Shown here: positions 6,029 through 14,224 of the stretch, piece after piece
Numbering within the stretch: position 1 is the stretch's first letter
Layout of the letters: the number at the start of each line of letters is the position of its first letter
NCBI GenBank assembly: GCA_905235795.1
Contig: CAJOMS010000002.1
Location: 1 to 50,993, forward strand
DNA: 50,993 nt
Reading direction: 5' to 3'
DNA from: an uncultured Clostridia bacterium
GTDB lineage: Bacteria; Bacillota; Clostridia; Christensenellales; Borkfalkiaceae
Program-made: the position numbers and the translations under genes
Notes under the pieces: generated by a model
The model's input: the letters and a program-made list of their open reading frames with translations, nothing else
Told to the model about the DNA's origin: nothing
Databases searched by the model: none

Positions 6029-7345
6029 TTATTGCTGTTCTGCCTTTATCCAAGGTACCGGTTCCGCAAAAATACCGCTATGGTAACCGTTTATCAATCT
6101 TACGACGAGATCGTTTAAAGCCTCTACCGTCGTTTCAGGCAGCTCCGGATCATAGTGACTGTTGCCGTATCCGGAATCGTTTGTAAGATATATAAACGTT
6201 CCGCCCGTATAAACAGCCTCCTGACGGACGAGAAACTCGCAAAGTTCGTCGGCACTACTGCATAATACGGGGCAAATTCTCACGCCTTTTTCGGCGGCAA
6301 GGCTGACCGCATTAAGATAGCGAGCCTTGTTTTCATCGCTTTCGTGCGAGGGCGCATCCAAAATATGGAAGATCAACCGCGTAGAGTTTTCCTCTCCCCA
6401 TTCCCTGTTTAAAGCGAAAGCCAAAGCCTCGTCGACAGCTTCAGGGTAATCTCCGCCGCCGTCCGCGCGCTGTTTGCTTATATTTTTTAGCTGCAACTGC
6501 AAATTCTGCTCGTCTGTTACGTTTAAAAAATCATAATAATCAAACAATACCTCGTCCGTGTGATCGCGATAAAACAAAAGAGAAAGATCTATTCTCGTTT
6601 GTTTGTCTGAAGCGGCAACCCTTTTAACGATATCTATCAACTCGTTGTTAAGGTACGATAATTCGTCGCCCATTGAGCCGGTTACGTCAACAACAAACAT
6701 CAACTTTATAATATTCTCTTTGTCTTTACTTCCCGATATATCCAAAGCGAGCTCGCGTTCTTCCGATGAAAACGCAGTTTCAGCCGCGCCTTCACCGCTT
6801 ACCACCTTAATATTTCCGCTTTCGGTCCCCGGGAACAGGTACGCTACGCCGTTTGCGTTCGTCCGCGCCGTAAAAGTTACCGCTCCAAAATTATTATACG
6901 ATATTACGGTAGCTCCGGACACGGACGCCTGCGTCTCTTTGTCCACCACTTTAACCGTTACGCGATCGAGCGAATTAAATCCCCAGCCGGACTTTTGGTA
7001 TTTATTGGCAAATTTACCGTTTTCTTCCTCGCTTTGTCCTACAAAAAATAAATCGAGCCATTCGGAATAATGCAAATTATCATCCCAAGCCGATGCGGTA
7101 AGCAAGCCTGCCGGTCTTTCGTAATGAGAATTGCCGCCACCGCCTTCAAAACTGCCGGCAACACCCGCATCGATCATGCCGTACGGCTTTCCGTCAATCT
7201 TGATCATTCCTCCTGCGTCCTCGACATAATATCCTCCGCCGCCTACCATTTCGTCATAATCGATCAGTTCGCTTTTCATGCCGTTACAGCCGAACAGTGA
7301 TAAGGAAACACATAAAACCAAAAATAACAGAACAAATTTTTTCAT
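6029..7345 (-). CDS. Lipoprotein with a von Willebrand factor A (vWA) domain
   Basis: Signal peptide plus lipobox (LSLFGC). MIDAS-type motif FVVDVTGSMGDE and later vWA elements (ILDAPSH). A beta-rich region (VTVKVVDKETQASVSGATVIS) precedes the vWA domain. GGAGGG SD. Confidence 0.85.
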   Translation of the reverse strand: MKKFVLLFLVLCVSLSLFGCNGMKSELIDYDEMVGGGGYYVEDAGGMIKIDGKPYGMIDAGVAGSFEGGGGNSHYERPAGLLTASAWDDNLHYSEWLDLFFVGQSEEENGKFANKYQKSGWGFNSLDRVTVKVVDKETQASVSGATVISYNNFGAVTFTARTNANGVAYLFPGTESGNIKVVSGEGAAETAFSSEERELALDISGSKDKENIIKLMFVVDVTGSMGDELSYLNNELIDIVKRVAASDKQTRIDLSLLFYRDHTDEVLFDYYDFLNVTDEQNLQLQLKNISKQRADGGGDYPEAVDEALAFALNREWGEENSTRLIFHILDAPSHESDENKARYLNAVSLAAEKGVRICPVLCSSADELCEFLVRQEAVYTGGTFIYLTNDSGYGNSHYDPELPETTVEALNDLVVRLINGYHSGIFAEPVPWIKAEQQ

Positions 7346-7445
7346 TTTGCAATTAACCCTCCTATTCGTTTTGCGTTTAAAACGCTCTACGTATATATAG
7401 ACTTAAAAAAAGTAAAAACTGTTACAAGAAAATAAAAAATTTTTT

Positions 7446-8060
7446 TTATTTATATTCCTTGACGAGTTTTTCGTAATTAATTACTTCAAATAAAGCAACC
7501 CCTGCCGCGCACAAAGAAAACACAGCCGGAATTATTGCATAAGAACGTATACTGCAGGCGGGATTTCCGCTGCAATACACCGGAAGGATATCCGAATTTT
7601 TCATAGATAACGCAACCGAAAAACAAACGAGCAACAACGCAAAGGAAACGCACCCGCCGACGAGTGACGTCACGTTAAACAGCTGTTTTTTTGTTATCGC
7701 CGCTATTATTTGCGATGCGAGCGTCAAAACGACGACTACGGCAGATATAATAGTCAACACACCCAAAGTTACGCAATAATTTTTTGCATAGTAGTAAAAA
7801 GGTACTGCCATATTGCCAAACGCGGTTTCCGTATATTTGCCGCTAAGCGCTGCAAACAAGACGTTAAAGCCGCTGATCTGCACTTCGTAACCGTACCCGT
7901 CGTTATATACCGCCGCCCATTTTACCGAATATAAAATTAGAGCTATAACGGAAAAAACGGCTCCGACGATGGGAAAAACGACAAGTTTTTTGCGCGATGC
8001 GTTAAACTTCTTTTCTTTTTCCGCCTTTATTCTTTCATCTCTTGTTTTTTTGTTTGCCAT
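7446..8060 (-). CDS. Hypothetical multi-pass membrane protein
   Basis: 204 aa with a Lys-rich N-terminus and about 5 hydrophobic helices. An AAGGAGAAAAA SD is present. It starts 9 nt after the upstream lipoprotein gene, so it is likely co-transcribed with the zinc operon. I recognise no family. Confidence 0.6.
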   Translation of the reverse strand: MANKKTRDERIKAEKEKKFNASRKKLVVFPIVGAVFSVIALILYSVKWAAVYNDGYGYEVQISGFNVLFAALSGKYTETAFGNMAVPFYYYAKNYCVTLGVLTIISAVVVVLTLASQIIAAITKKQLFNVTSLVGGCVSFALLLVCFSVALSMKNSDILPVYCSGNPACSIRSYAIIPAVFSLCAAGVALFEVINYEKLVKEYK

Positions 8061-8069
8061 TTTTTCTCC

Positions 8070-8585
8070 TTATTTAGTTACGTAAAAACTAAGTTGCGAA
8101 TAATCGTTTATCTTTTCTATCGTTTCGATATCGAAAGTTAAAAAAGAAATAGTTTCTACTGTGTTATAATCAACGTTTCCGTCTTTATATGCATATATCT
8201 TTATATCGGTCTTGTTTGCGGAAGATATCTTCCCCTTCAAATGCACCCAAGTCTTAAAGTTATCTTCTCCGCTTTGATTAACGGGTTCGGGTATGTATCC
8301 GTCGTAATCGAGAATGAATCCTATGATAGTATCCTGCCCGCAGGTGCAACCGTAACCGGCAGAACATTTGCGAACGCCGCACGTATATTCCCTGCCTCCG
8401 ATATCCTTCAAAGAATAAGTAAAGCAATCATATTCAAAATCTTTGCCCACGTACTGTTCCGGATAATATTGAACGTTAGTCATTACCAGAAAAAAAGTCT
8501 TTTCCGTCAATACGTATCGATTGCTGCCGCACGCGACGAGAGTAAAAGTACAAACAGCCAAAATAAACGTTATTATTCTTTTCAT
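8070..8585 (-). CDS. Cys-cluster lipoprotein translationally coupled to znuB
   Basis: I chose ATG 8585 (MKRIITFILAVCTFTLVACGS, lipobox LVAC), which overlaps the znuB stop as ATGA. The mature part contains C-x14-C-x5-C-x5-C-x-C (CFTYSLKDIGGREYTCGVRKCSAGYGCTCG). The ORF-track start at 8714 lies inside znuB. Confidence 0.7.
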   Translation of the reverse strand: MKRIITFILAVCTFTLVACGSNRYVLTEKTFFLVMTNVQYYPEQYVGKDFEYDCFTYSLKDIGGREYTCGVRKCSAGYGCTCGQDTIIGFILDYDGYIPEPVNQSGEDNFKTWVHLKGKISSANKTDIKIYAYKDGNVDYNTVETISFLTFDIETIEKINDYSQLSFYVTK

Positions 8586-9436
8586 CTTGCCTTCCTTCTC
8601 GTTAATATCCCTATAAGCCAAAACACGAAAAATACGACTATATTTACCGCAACTATCGTAGACCCTACGGGGGTTCCGAAATAAATTGCTATCAAAATAC
8701 CAACTACCGAGCAAATCACTGAATATATCGCCGAACAGATGGTTACGGCTTTAAAGTTATTATATACGCGCATCGCCGACAGCGCAGGGAAAATCACCAG
8801 AGCAGAAATCAAAAGCGAACCTACCAAATTCATTGCCAAAACTATTACCAGCGCGGTTATTACGGCTATGACTAAATTGTAAACGTTGGTTTTCAATCCG
8901 GTAGCGCGGGCAAAATTCTCGTCAAACGTAACGGAAAAAATTTTGTTGTAAAATATAAAGAAAACCGCCAACACCACGACGGAAAGGCTGATGCACAGCC
9001 AAACGTCAAAGCCCGTCAACGTAAGAATTGAAGTAGAGCCGAAAAGCGTACTGCAAACGTCAGAGGATACGTTTGACGACGTGGGGAACAAATTCATAAG
9101 CAAATAGCCTATCGCAAGCGCGCCGACGGAGATCATGGCAACCGCCGCATCCCCCTTAATTTTGGTATTCTGCCCCGTCCTCAGCAACAAAATGGCACAA
9201 ACAACCGTAACGGGTAAAACGAGTAACATATTGTTGGTCAAGCCAACTACTGCGGCAACAGACATAGTCCCAAACGCCACGTGAGAAAGTCCGTCGCCTA
9301 TAAACGAAAACCTTTTAAGAACCAAGGTAACACCCAACAAAGAGGAGCATAGGGATATAAGCACGGCAACTATAAGCGCATTCCTCACGAATTCGAAATT
9401 GAAATAATACGCCATAGTTTGAAAAAACTCACTCAT
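8582..9436 (-). CDS. znuB: Metal (zinc) ABC transporter permease, ABC-3 family
   Basis: 284 aa with about 8 TM helices and the typical ZnuB/AdcB/TroC pattern (FIGDGLSHVAFG..., LLRTGQNTKIKGD). ATGA overlap with znuC. Confidence 0.88.
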   Translation of the reverse strand: MSEFFQTMAYYFNFEFVRNALIVAVLISLCSSLLGVTLVLKRFSFIGDGLSHVAFGTMSVAAVVGLTNNMLLVLPVTVVCAILLLRTGQNTKIKGDAAVAMISVGALAIGYLLMNLFPTSSNVSSDVCSTLFGSTSILTLTGFDVWLCISLSVVVLAVFFIFYNKIFSVTFDENFARATGLKTNVYNLVIAVITALVIVLAMNLVGSLLISALVIFPALSAMRVYNNFKAVTICSAIYSVICSVVGILIAIYFGTPVGSTIVAVNIVVFFVFWLIGILTRRKAR

Positions 9437-10137
9437 TGTTCCACCCCTAACGCGTTGAAATTCTTAATATTTTCGCTTTTCAGGTACGCCTCTTTAGTAC
9501 CGAAAAACACCTCTTTTCCAATATGCAAAATATGGCTTGCATATTTTAAGGCAGCGGAAATATCGTGCGATATCATTATTATAGTCGTTCCGCCCTTATT
9601 TAAATTATATATAAGCTCGTACATTTCTGCGGTAACTTTAGGATCGAGCCCCGAAACAGGTTCGTCGAGAAGTAATACTTTTTTAGTAGAACACAAAGCG
9701 CGCGCAAGCAATACCCTTTGCTGTTGACCGCCAGAAAGTTCGCGGTAGGACCTCTTTTCAAGCCCTTCCAGCCCCATTTTCTTTATATTTTCGGCAGCAA
9801 GAGCTTTTTCTTCCTTTCCGTAAAACGGTTTAAGTCCCATATTCGCAATACAGCCTGAAATTACCACTTCCCAAACAGACGCAGGGAAATCCTTTTGAAC
9901 GACAGTTTGTTGAGGCAAATATCCGATTTCGTTTTTCCTTAACCCGTCACCCACGCATACTTCGCCAGAAATAGGCTTTACGAGCCCCAAAACGGTTTTC
10001 ATAAGAGTAGATTTGCCGGATCCGTTCTCGCCGACGACAGCCAAATAATCGCCCTTATTTACCCCAAATGAAATATTTTTTAATATAGCATTTCCATCGT
10101 AACCTACCGACAGATCGACGCAATATAATTGAGCCAT
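9433..10137 (-). CDS. znuC: Metal (zinc) ABC transporter ATP-binding protein
   Basis: Walker A GENGSGKST, signature LSGGQQQR, Walker B LLLDEP. ATG 10137 is preceded by GGAGAGGG. Confidence 0.9.
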   Translation of the reverse strand: MAQLYCVDLSVGYDGNAILKNISFGVNKGDYLAVVGENGSGKSTLMKTVLGLVKPISGEVCVGDGLRKNEIGYLPQQTVVQKDFPASVWEVVISGCIANMGLKPFYGKEEKALAAENIKKMGLEGLEKRSYRELSGGQQQRVLLARALCSTKKVLLLDEPVSGLDPKVTAEMYELIYNLNKGGTTIIMISHDISAALKYASHILHIGKEVFFGTKEAYLKSENIKNFNALGVEQ

Positions 10138-10147
10138 TTCCCTCTCC

Positions 10148-11113
10148 TTAAGCAATCGCCGTTTTCAAAACGTTTAAATTCTCACTCATGACCGAAAGGT
10201 AAGTTCTTCCGGCATTAAATTGTCTGATTGTGCCCGACTGCAAAGAATCTAAAGTTAATATTTTTTGATTCTTGTTTTTTGTTGCATTTTTTACCGCCGT
10301 GGCCAACGAGCCGTCTGAACTTTCTATTTTTAAAATATAATCGAGTTCCAGCTCGTCCACCTTTTCGGCAAGAAATGCGACCGTGGCAAAACTTGCGTTT
10401 ACTTCGGCAGAACAACCGGAAAATGCGGCGTAATATTTGAGACCGTAATCATCTAATAAATATCTGAACGGAAATCTATCGGCAAACACCAAAGTATCCT
10501 TATTTCCGTCGAGAGCGGCTTTTTCGTACTCTTGATCCAGCGCAGATAATTTTTGATTATAGTTTTGAGCGTTTGACAAATAATCTGCGGCGTTATTCAC
10601 GTCTATTTTGCCGAGTTCTTCGGCTATTTCCGTAACGAAAGCTCGTGCGTTTCCAAGCGAAAGCCAAACGTGCTCGTCGTATTCTGCGTCCTCGCTCGGC
10701 TCGACTTCCATGCCCTCTATCAGCTCCTCTTCCTTTGCCCTTTCACCCAAACTTTTAATTAAATTTATGGTGCGCATATTTTTATTTGCAGAACTTTTTA
10801 AAACGTTATCCACCCAACTATCGGATTCACCGCCTACGTATATGAACAAATCGCACGAAGAAACGGCTATAATGTCCTTTGCCGTGGGTTCGTAGCTGTG
10901 CAATTCAACGCCGTTATCCAAAAGAAGCGTAACTCCCACGTCTTGCGAATGCTCGCCGAGTACGTTAATTACCCAATCGTATTCAGGAAAAACCGTAACG
11001 ACCACGTTTAAACTTTTTTTCTCCGTTTTCGTGCATCCCGCACTTAAACACAAAACGACCGCGCAAACGAAAACGCAAACGGCAGATATTATCGTATTAA
11101 ATTTTTTCTTCAT
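10148..11113 (-). CDS. znuA: Zinc ABC transporter substrate-binding lipoprotein (cluster A-I, ZnuA/AdcA/TroA-like)
   Basis: Lipobox LSAGC. Acidic loop EEELIEGMEVEPSEDAEYDEHVW and conserved HSYEP / DEHVWLS metal-ligand regions. ATG 11113 is preceded by GGAGGG. Confidence 0.88.
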   Translation of the reverse strand: MKKKFNTIISAVCVFVCAVVLCLSAGCTKTEKKSLNVVVTVFPEYDWVINVLGEHSQDVGVTLLLDNGVELHSYEPTAKDIIAVSSCDLFIYVGGESDSWVDNVLKSSANKNMRTINLIKSLGERAKEEELIEGMEVEPSEDAEYDEHVWLSLGNARAFVTEIAEELGKIDVNNAADYLSNAQNYNQKLSALDQEYEKAALDGNKDTLVFADRFPFRYLLDDYGLKYYAAFSGCSAEVNASFATVAFLAEKVDELELDYILKIESSDGSLATAVKNATKNKNQKILTLDSLQSGTIRQFNAGRTYLSVMSENLNVLKTAIA

Positions 11114-11124
11114 ATACCCTCCGA

Positions 11125-11517
11125 TTACTCTCTGCACTGATTACACAATCCGTATATAACGGTTTCGTTTTTATCCAGAGAAAACTGTTCTTCCTGTTCC
11201 AGTTCTTTAGCCATATATTCAGCCATATCTGATGAGATATGTCCCATTTTGCCGCATTTGATACAAGATATATGTATTTTTCCCTTACAATGTGCGCCGT
11301 CCGCGTACTGAAAATACGCCACCCTTTCGCCGGGTTTGGTCGTTCTCCTTATCTTTCCGCATTGTTCAAGCGCGGAAAGATTTCTGTATACGGCGCTTTT
11401 ACTTATACCCCTGCCTTCGCAAAACGCAACTATATTCGTTGCTGAAATATATTCATCAGAGTGAACGTTTAAAAAGTCTATTAAAATTTTTCTTTGACAG
11501 GTGTTATATTCCTTCAT
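11125..11517 (-). CDS. zur: Fur-family metalloregulator, probably Zur
   Basis: 130 aa with an N-terminal winged helix and two C-terminal CxxC pairs (CIKCGK ... CNQC). It is the first gene of the zinc ABC operon. Confidence 0.82.
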   Translation of the reverse strand: MKEYNTCQRKILIDFLNVHSDEYISATNIVAFCEGRGISKSAVYRNLSALEQCGKIRRTTKPGERVAYFQYADGAHCKGKIHISCIKCGKMGHISSDMAEYMAKELEQEEQFSLDKNETVIYGLCNQCRE

Positions 11518-11541
11518 AAAATTTCCTTTTTGCCGATTACA

Positions 11542-11562
11542 ATTTGCGACTCAATCGCAAAT
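11542..11562. promoter_or_regulatory. Candidate Zur operator: perfect 8-5-8 inverted repeat ATTTGCGA-N5-TCGCAAAT
   Basis: The palindrome is read directly from the sequence. It begins 1 nt downstream of the -10 box of the zur promoter. Confidence 0.55.
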
Positions 11563-11563
11563 C

Positions 11564-11592
11564 ATTATAGCATTAATAAACGGAGGTGTCAA
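11564..11592 (-). promoter_or_regulatory. Consensus sigma-A promoter of the zur-znuACB operon
   Basis: The minus strand has TTGACA (11592-11587), a 17-nt spacer, then TATAAT (11569-11564). Both hexamers are perfect. Confidence 0.75.
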
Positions 11593-11635
11593 GGATTTTT
11601 ACAGGCAAACAGCGCAACTACACATAATTTAAAGC

Positions 11636-11673
11636 AAATAAAAAGAAAAAACAAGACTGCAAAGCCTTGTTTT
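11636..11673 (-). terminator. Rho-independent terminator of the Val-Gly-Cys-Leu tRNA operon
   Basis: The minus strand reads AAAACAAG-GCTTTGCAGT-CTTGTTTT followed by TTCTTTTTATTT. Confidence 0.7.
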
Positions 11674-11694
11674 AAATAAAAATATCCCTTTATG

Positions 11695-11725
11695 CAAAAC
11701 GGACTTTGCTACAAACAAAGCCCGT
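11695..11725 (-). terminator. Hairpin immediately 3' of tRNA-Leu (possible processing site or weak terminator)
   Basis: 10-bp stem ACGGGCTTTG/CAAAGTCCGT with a 7-nt loop, followed by only TTTG. Confidence 0.4.
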
Positions 11726-11726
11726 A

Positions 11727-11813
11727 TGGTGCCGGAGACCGGACTTGAACCGGTACGGCTGTTACACCGAGGGATTTTAAGTCCCTTGCGTCTGCCTATT
11801 CCGCCACTTCGGC
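11727..11813 (-). tRNA. tRNA-Leu (anticodon TAA), class II
   Basis: Reverse complement GCCGAAGTGGCGGAATAGGCAGACGCAAGGGACTTAAAATCCC...GGTTCAAGTCCGGTCTCCGGCACCA, with a long variable arm. There is one A-C mismatch in the acceptor stem. Confidence 0.9.
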
Positions 11814-11819
11814 ATTTAT

Positions 11820-11894
11820 TGGAGGCGCCACCCGGATTTGAACCGGGGGATAGAGCTTTTGCAGAGCTGTGCCTTACCACTTGGCTATGGCGCC
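11820..11894 (-). tRNA. tRNA-Cys (anticodon GCA)
   Basis: Reverse complement GGCGCCATAGCCAAGTGGTAAGGCACAGCTCTGCAAAAGCTCTATCCCCCGGTTCAAATCCGGGTGGCGCCTCCA. Confidence 0.92.
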
Positions 11895-11922
11895 GAAAAG
11901 AATAAACACACGCAATAAATAA

Positions 11923-11997
11923 TGGAGCGGGAAACGAGATTCGAACTCGCGACGTTCACCTTGGCAAGGTGACGCTCTACCACTGAGCCATTCCCGC
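11923..11997 (-). tRNA. tRNA-Gly (anticodon GCC)
   Basis: Sequence identical to the copy at 5761..5835. Confidence 0.95.
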
Positions 11998-12003
11998 ATA
12001 TCG

Positions 12004-12077
12004 TGGTGGGAACAATAGGGCGAACCTATGACCCCCTGCTTGTAAGGCAGATGCTCTCCCAACTGAGCTATGCTCCC
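12004..12077 (-). tRNA. tRNA-Val (anticodon TAC) with an atypically short 5-nt T-loop
   Basis: Reverse complement GGGAGCATAGCTCAGTTGGGAGAGCATCTGCCTTACAAGCAGGGGGTCATAGGTTCGCCCTATTGTTCCCACCA. The T-arm ATAGG-TTCGC-CCTAT has a 5-nt loop instead of the canonical 7. The gene is 74 nt including CCA. Confidence 0.75.
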
Positions 12078-12093
12078 ACAACAGCGCTAATAT

Positions 12094-12122
12094 AATATAC
12101 CAAATATCAAGAATTTTTGCAA
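12094..12122 (-). promoter_or_regulatory. Sigma-A-type promoter of the Val-Gly-Cys-Leu tRNA operon
   Basis: The minus strand has TTGCAA (12122-12117), a 17-nt spacer, then TATATT (12099-12094), with a TG at the extended -10 position. Confidence 0.65.
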
Positions 12123-12174
12123 CTATTTTAGCGGTATTTTCCAAAATTTTTTATCAAGAAAATTTTGGAGCCGC

Positions 12175-14187
12175 TCAATTTAACGTTACGTCTTTTAATT
12201 TCGAATATTTTTCAAGAGAAATCGCCCGAAGAAGGTCGAGATTTTCTCCCCTTGCAAAAGCTTCGTCGCTCAACGTCTTTGCAAAAAATATAACACTCGT
12301 GGGATACTGCAATGCTCCGAAATCGCCAAAAAACTTTCCGCTTTGCCTTACGCCCATAAAATCACCGCTTCCTCTCAGGTCGTAGTCGTACTCGGATATT
12401 TTAAATCCGTCCGAATTATTCCTCAATATTTTTAGTCTTTCTATTGACTTCTCATTATCTGTGCCAACAAGTAAAAAACAATAACTTTTCAAGTCCGAAC
12501 GGCCGACGCGACCGCGCAACTGATGCAGCTGAGAAAGCCCGAATCTCTCCGCGTTATATATGACCATAACTGTGGCGTTAGGTACGTCAACGCCGACTTC
12601 TATAACCGTGGTGGAAACGAGGATATCAGCCTCGCCCTCTTTGAATGCTGCCATGATCCGCTCTTTTTCCGCATCCTTCATTTTTCCATGCAAAAGAAGG
12701 ATTTTTAAAGAAGGCAGTTTCTCGCTGAGTTCTTCAAATACCTCCGTCGCGCTCATGGTAGAGCCTTCTTCATCGCCTTCTATAAGGGGGGCGATAAAGT
12801 AAGCCTGTCTCCCTTCGGCGCACTCTTTGGATATAAACGCCAACATGTCTTCGTACTTGGAGTCCGGCACGATACCCGTGGTTATCTCAAGGCGTTTTTT
12901 GGGTTTATCCTGAATAGTTGATATGTCAAGATCACCATAAAATATAAGGGAAATCGTCCTCGGAATAGGCGTGGCGCTCATAACCAGAACGTCGGGCACA
13001 TCGCCCTTTTCCACGAGTGAATTCCTCTGCGCTACGCCAAATCTATGTTGTTCGTCGCACACGCACAAATTCAAATTATAAAATTCCACGTCGTCAACGA
13101 GAACGGCGTGCGTTCCAACGACTATTTTCGCCTCTCCGTCTTTGATCTGACGCTTTATCGTCTTTTTGTCTTTTGCCGACACCGCGCCCGTCAGAAAGAC
13201 CGCGGGAAACTCAGGCAGATATTTTTGAATTATGCCGAAGTTTTGTTTTGCCAAAACTTCCGTAGGCGCGAGCATCGCAACCTGATAACCGGACTTTAAA
13301 GCAACGTACATGGCGCATAGCGCTACGGCGGTTTTTCCGCTTCCCACGTCGCCCTGCAAAAGTCTGTTCATAGTAGACGGAGAGTTCATATCCGCGAAAA
13401 TTTCATTTACCGCTTTTTTTTGACCGGACGTAAATTCAAAACCAAACCTTTGAGAAAACGCGGAAAGCTCTTTTGCAGTACATGAATACCTGTTTATTCT
13501 GACCTGTTCTCTCGACCCCTTTATGAACCGAAACGCCGAAACGAGATTAAAATATTCCTCTACGGCAATCCTTTCGGACGCGTTGCGCACGTCCTGCATA
13601 GACGACGGATTATGAATCTGATAATAAGCCGTCTGTAAAGGCGATAAAGAATATTTTCTTATTAAAAAAACGGGAATAGAACTTTCCTGAGGGCAAAGCT
13701 TGAGCGCCTGTGCTATCATAGCCTTCATCGAACGCTGAGCGATCCCCCCTCTTACGGTATATACGGGAACGATACCTTTCAGCCTGTAATTTTTTTCAAG
13801 AAGCTCGTAAGACGGATTAGTCATACTGCATTGTCCGTACTTGTTTTGCACTCTGCCGTAAAACAAATACTCCGCGCCGACTTTTATCTGTTTTTCCACA
13901 TACGGATTATTAAACCAAACTACGCTGTAAAGAATTCCTTCCTGCTCTATATACACTTTTACGTATTTATTTCTTTTTCCGTAATAAAGCGATTGCGGAA
14001 CGCCCGCAACCTTTGCCGCGGTGAGCACTACGTCGTTATGATAGCAGTCTTTAAGTTTGGTTTGCTTTGTAAGGTCCAAAAAACTGCGCGGAAAATGTCT
14101 GAGCAAGTCTTCGACCGAAAAAATACCCAACTTGTTCAGATCCGCTATTTTTTTATCGTTAATATTGCGCAGTTTATTTAATTCCAT
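12175..14187 (-). CDS. recG: ATP-dependent DNA helicase RecG
   Basis: 670 aa with an N-terminal wedge/OB region, helicase motifs GDVGSGKT and DEQHRFG, and QLHQLRGRVGR near the C-terminus. It follows yloV, as in Bacillus. Confidence 0.93.
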   Translation of the reverse strand: MELNKLRNINDKKIADLNKLGIFSVEDLLRHFPRSFLDLTKQTKLKDCYHNDVVLTAAKVAGVPQSLYYGKRNKYVKVYIEQEGILYSVVWFNNPYVEKQIKVGAEYLFYGRVQNKYGQCSMTNPSYELLEKNYRLKGIVPVYTVRGGIAQRSMKAMIAQALKLCPQESSIPVFLIRKYSLSPLQTAYYQIHNPSSMQDVRNASERIAVEEYFNLVSAFRFIKGSREQVRINRYSCTAKELSAFSQRFGFEFTSGQKKAVNEIFADMNSPSTMNRLLQGDVGSGKTAVALCAMYVALKSGYQVAMLAPTEVLAKQNFGIIQKYLPEFPAVFLTGAVSAKDKKTIKRQIKDGEAKIVVGTHAVLVDDVEFYNLNLCVCDEQHRFGVAQRNSLVEKGDVPDVLVMSATPIPRTISLIFYGDLDISTIQDKPKKRLEITTGIVPDSKYEDMLAFISKECAEGRQAYFIAPLIEGDEEGSTMSATEVFEELSEKLPSLKILLLHGKMKDAEKERIMAAFKEGEADILVSTTVIEVGVDVPNATVMVIYNAERFGLSQLHQLRGRVGRSDLKSYCFLLVGTDNEKSIERLKILRNNSDGFKISEYDYDLRGSGDFMGVRQSGKFFGDFGALQYPTSVIFFAKTLSDEAFARGENLDLLRAISLEKYSKLKDVTLN

Positions 14188-14224
14188 AATAACAAAAAAG
14201 GGAAACGTCGTTTCCCTTCGATCT

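Larger units (their letters stand above)
11922..12082. repeat. Copy 2 of the duplicated tRNA-Gly/tRNA-Val module (161 bp)
   Basis: Identical to 5760..5910 apart from the 10-nt indel in the tRNA-Val T-arm. Confidence 0.9.

Noticed and set aside
6603-7070. 155-aa plus-strand ORF, and similar antisense ORFs listed inside znuA, recG, yloV, rpe, priA, ligA, pcrA, mutL and mutS
   Set aside because: All lie within, and antisense to, long conserved genes. They have no SD and no recognisable domains.
7369-7385. Palindrome GCGTTT-A-AAACGC in the vWA gene leader
   Set aside because: It has 6-bp arms with a 1-nt centre, is too short to be distinctive, and has no second copy in the window.
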